From Basidiobolus meristosporus CBS 931.73 (taxonomy: Eukaryota; Fungi; Basidiobolomycota), in NCBI GenBank assembly GCA_002104905.1, contig MCFE01000186.1:62001-126000 (forward strand): DNA of 64,000 nt, read 5' to 3'. A model generated the notes under the pieces. The model searched no databases and was not told the DNA's origin. It was given only the letters and a program-made list of their open reading frames with translations. Numbering within the stretch: the first letter of the stretch is position 1; every line of letters starts with the position of its first letter. Of this stretch, positions 61,553 through 64,000 are shown one piece after another. The position numbers were made by a program, and so were the translations under genes.

Positions 61553-64000
61553 GCGCCCTATCGACTTGTCTTTGGTGTATTCTGCACCAAGAGCACTCTT
61601 CTTCACCGCCAACACTATGTAAATAGCTACTCTATCTTGTATACTTGCCACCCCAGCCTATTTGGTCACTTGACCTTCCAGCTCTTAGTTTTGATGATTT
61701 TTCTAATTTATTCTGTTCCTCAGTATTATAATGTACAATAATGTATTTGACCATCTTTCTATCAATTTCTTTGCCATTCGGCACTAGTAAGTGCGCTTCT
61801 TTATTGCGATTAAACTGAACACTAGAAGTATCTTCCGCCTGGCAACCACTGTGTGCATGATTTCTACTCGTGATCTGGGGATAGCCAGTATCCTGGTGAA
61901 AGAGCATCTGGGTGGATGCAACGACCTGGGGACGATTGTCTGTGGTAAGCGCCGGAGATAATCAAGCTGCTCTTGCCTAGCACGAAGAAACCACCAATGC
62001 TGGGAACCATCACTCAGCTAACCTAAATCTTCGTCATATTGTATAGAATCTAGTGTTACTACGGATTGGGAAAATGGGAATTGCCATACGGCAGGAATGG
62101 AAATTGAGACAAATGGAACATTACCTCTCCAATTTTCATCGGACATTAATCCTGTATCTCTTCCGGATTCTTCTATATCATGCAGAGGCCGAATGGAGAG
62201 AATTCACAAGAGGCTGCTCAAGTGATGGACAATCATGGAGACATGTCATACCCACCTACGCTTTAGTCTATTACCCAGATGTTCATGATATCAGTGGCAC
62301 ATTGCATATTAACCACGATTTCAAGAGACTCGTAGAGTAAGGAAGCCTGGCTGCCTGATCACTCCCACGAGCGGTATAGTGTAATGGACCTGTGAGCTTG
62401 CGTTGGCCCCGTTGGGTGCAACAGCCAGTTCAAATACCTGAAAAGTCTCGACGGCTGTGTACACCTGAGCAGAACTTGTATTGGATTAAACCAAGTGGAG
62501 GTCATAAGGACATTTAGCATAAGCGCCGGTTTACCCCAGTACACACCAAACGACATTCGTATCTATATTCACATCCCCATCCAAATTTGTAACTATATTC
62601 TTATCTCCGCGCCATTTCTGCGATGTCCAACATTCAGCCCCCAGAGGCGTATATTAGCTTGCGATCAATTCAAAAGCGCGTGATCCTCCCAACAAGCATG
62701 TGGTATGCACGACGCTCGCCATGACGATTCAACTGGCAGAATGGCTCGAGACTATCTATAATGAGAATGCCAAAGATGCATTTTCGAAATAACCTTTTTG
62801 CGTAATACGATATAACCTATCGTAATTGAGTGGCCCTTTATGCAGATGACGCTGTAGCCGAGGAGGACACTTGATGCTCCCCAAAAACCAGACGTTAATA
62901 CATGTGTGGGAGGGTGAACAGCCAGACCAGCGCTTCAACAGCTCGAATCCCCCTAAAGAAATGGGTCTAGTCTTTGAAGAGAGGGTCGGGGCATTACTCT
63001 GACGTCACACCCTTCTCTTCTGGCCTCGTAGCCTGGTGCCGCTACCCAAACGCATGTAGCTTAATACGATGGACTGCATTACCGCAAGTATGCATGCCCG
63101 GGGGCAATTGGCACTGTGCAACTGGCACCTTATCTGTAGAATCGTTAATTGTTGCTCTTGTCGTTCGGACGGATAAGACATTCCCTACATCATTAAGTGC
63201 GAGGCAGCCTGATTGCGTTAGCATATCAAGATACGGAAGCCTGATTTTACCTGGAGTGCCCGTAAGCACCTTGTGCGTAAATCCTGTATAGAGCTCGCTG
63301 CTTATGTGTAGCTATCTGGCATATCCGTGGCATGATGACCATCGGGTATGTCACTGGGGATCCTTAATGCTCCTTGTGTGTTTGTTTATTTTCTGGCGGC
63401 AGTCAGCGCTGCACCACAATACCAGATCCATGCTGGACATCAGAGGTGCATGTCAAAAGAACGCTGATGCAGCTCGAATCCAGAATATATCGTGCTCTCT
63501 CTGACCTGTTGGTGCGGTAATCCCGAATCAATTTTGCTACGTGACCTGGGCACCACATTTGTTTGTGATTTTAAATCATTCCAACCATTCCAACTCGATT
63601 CAATAGAACTCGGAAGCTGTTGTGTCACCCGAGTGATGATGCTTTAATTTTCAAGCCAGTTCCTTCGGTCAATAAGCTCGATAGGCGCTTTATCGGGCTC
63701 TATCGAAGGGGATGTCTACTACTCCGCCAGGACTGAGGCGGATCGCCTCTTCGCAAGCCATCTATGCTTCAAAGATGGATGAGAATTTCCAACCTTCGTC
63801 GTCAGATAAATTGTATGATATTGGGCCATCTGATAGGTCTCCGTTGAAACTGAACGCGATCCACTGACCAATTGGGCCTCACGGCCATGATTAATATGTA
63901 ATACACTCAAGGTGACACCAGTATCTTGACATGACCGCAAATGGGCATTTCGAGAGCCATTTATTAAGAAAACAATCCTGGAGTGAGAATCAGGAAACAG

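Noticed and set aside
61632-64000. Genes, tRNA or rRNA in the last 2.4 kb
   Set aside because: Only short featureless ORFs; no cloverleaf or rRNA signatures seen.

Overview
This looks like a fungal genomic window; the WNK kinase, homeodomain style and 54-64 bp GT-AG introns suggest an early-diverging lineage, but that is inference. It has two sharply different halves. Positions 1 to ~35.6 kb are an AT-rich, almost CpG-free block of nested transposons. The block holds four closely related copies of one Ty3/Gypsy LTR family (~370-bp LTRs, 4-bp TSDs, no chromodomain, all defective), older relics of the same family, two solo-LTR-like inserts, two long inverted-repeat (MITE/foldback-like) elements, and a CACTA/En-Spm-type transposase gene with a divergent partner ORF plus two decayed transposase copies. 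Positions ~35.7-64 kb have normal CpG content and seven supportable genes: an AlkB-fold protein with degenerate catalytic residues, an 8-exon WNK kinase, two paralogous CreA/Mig1-like C2H2 zinc-finger genes, a GT8 glycosyltransferase, a 1062-aa repeat-rich disordered protein and a homeodomain factor. No rRNA, tRNA or CRISPR array was recognised. All alignments and counts were done by eye and should be verified computationally.
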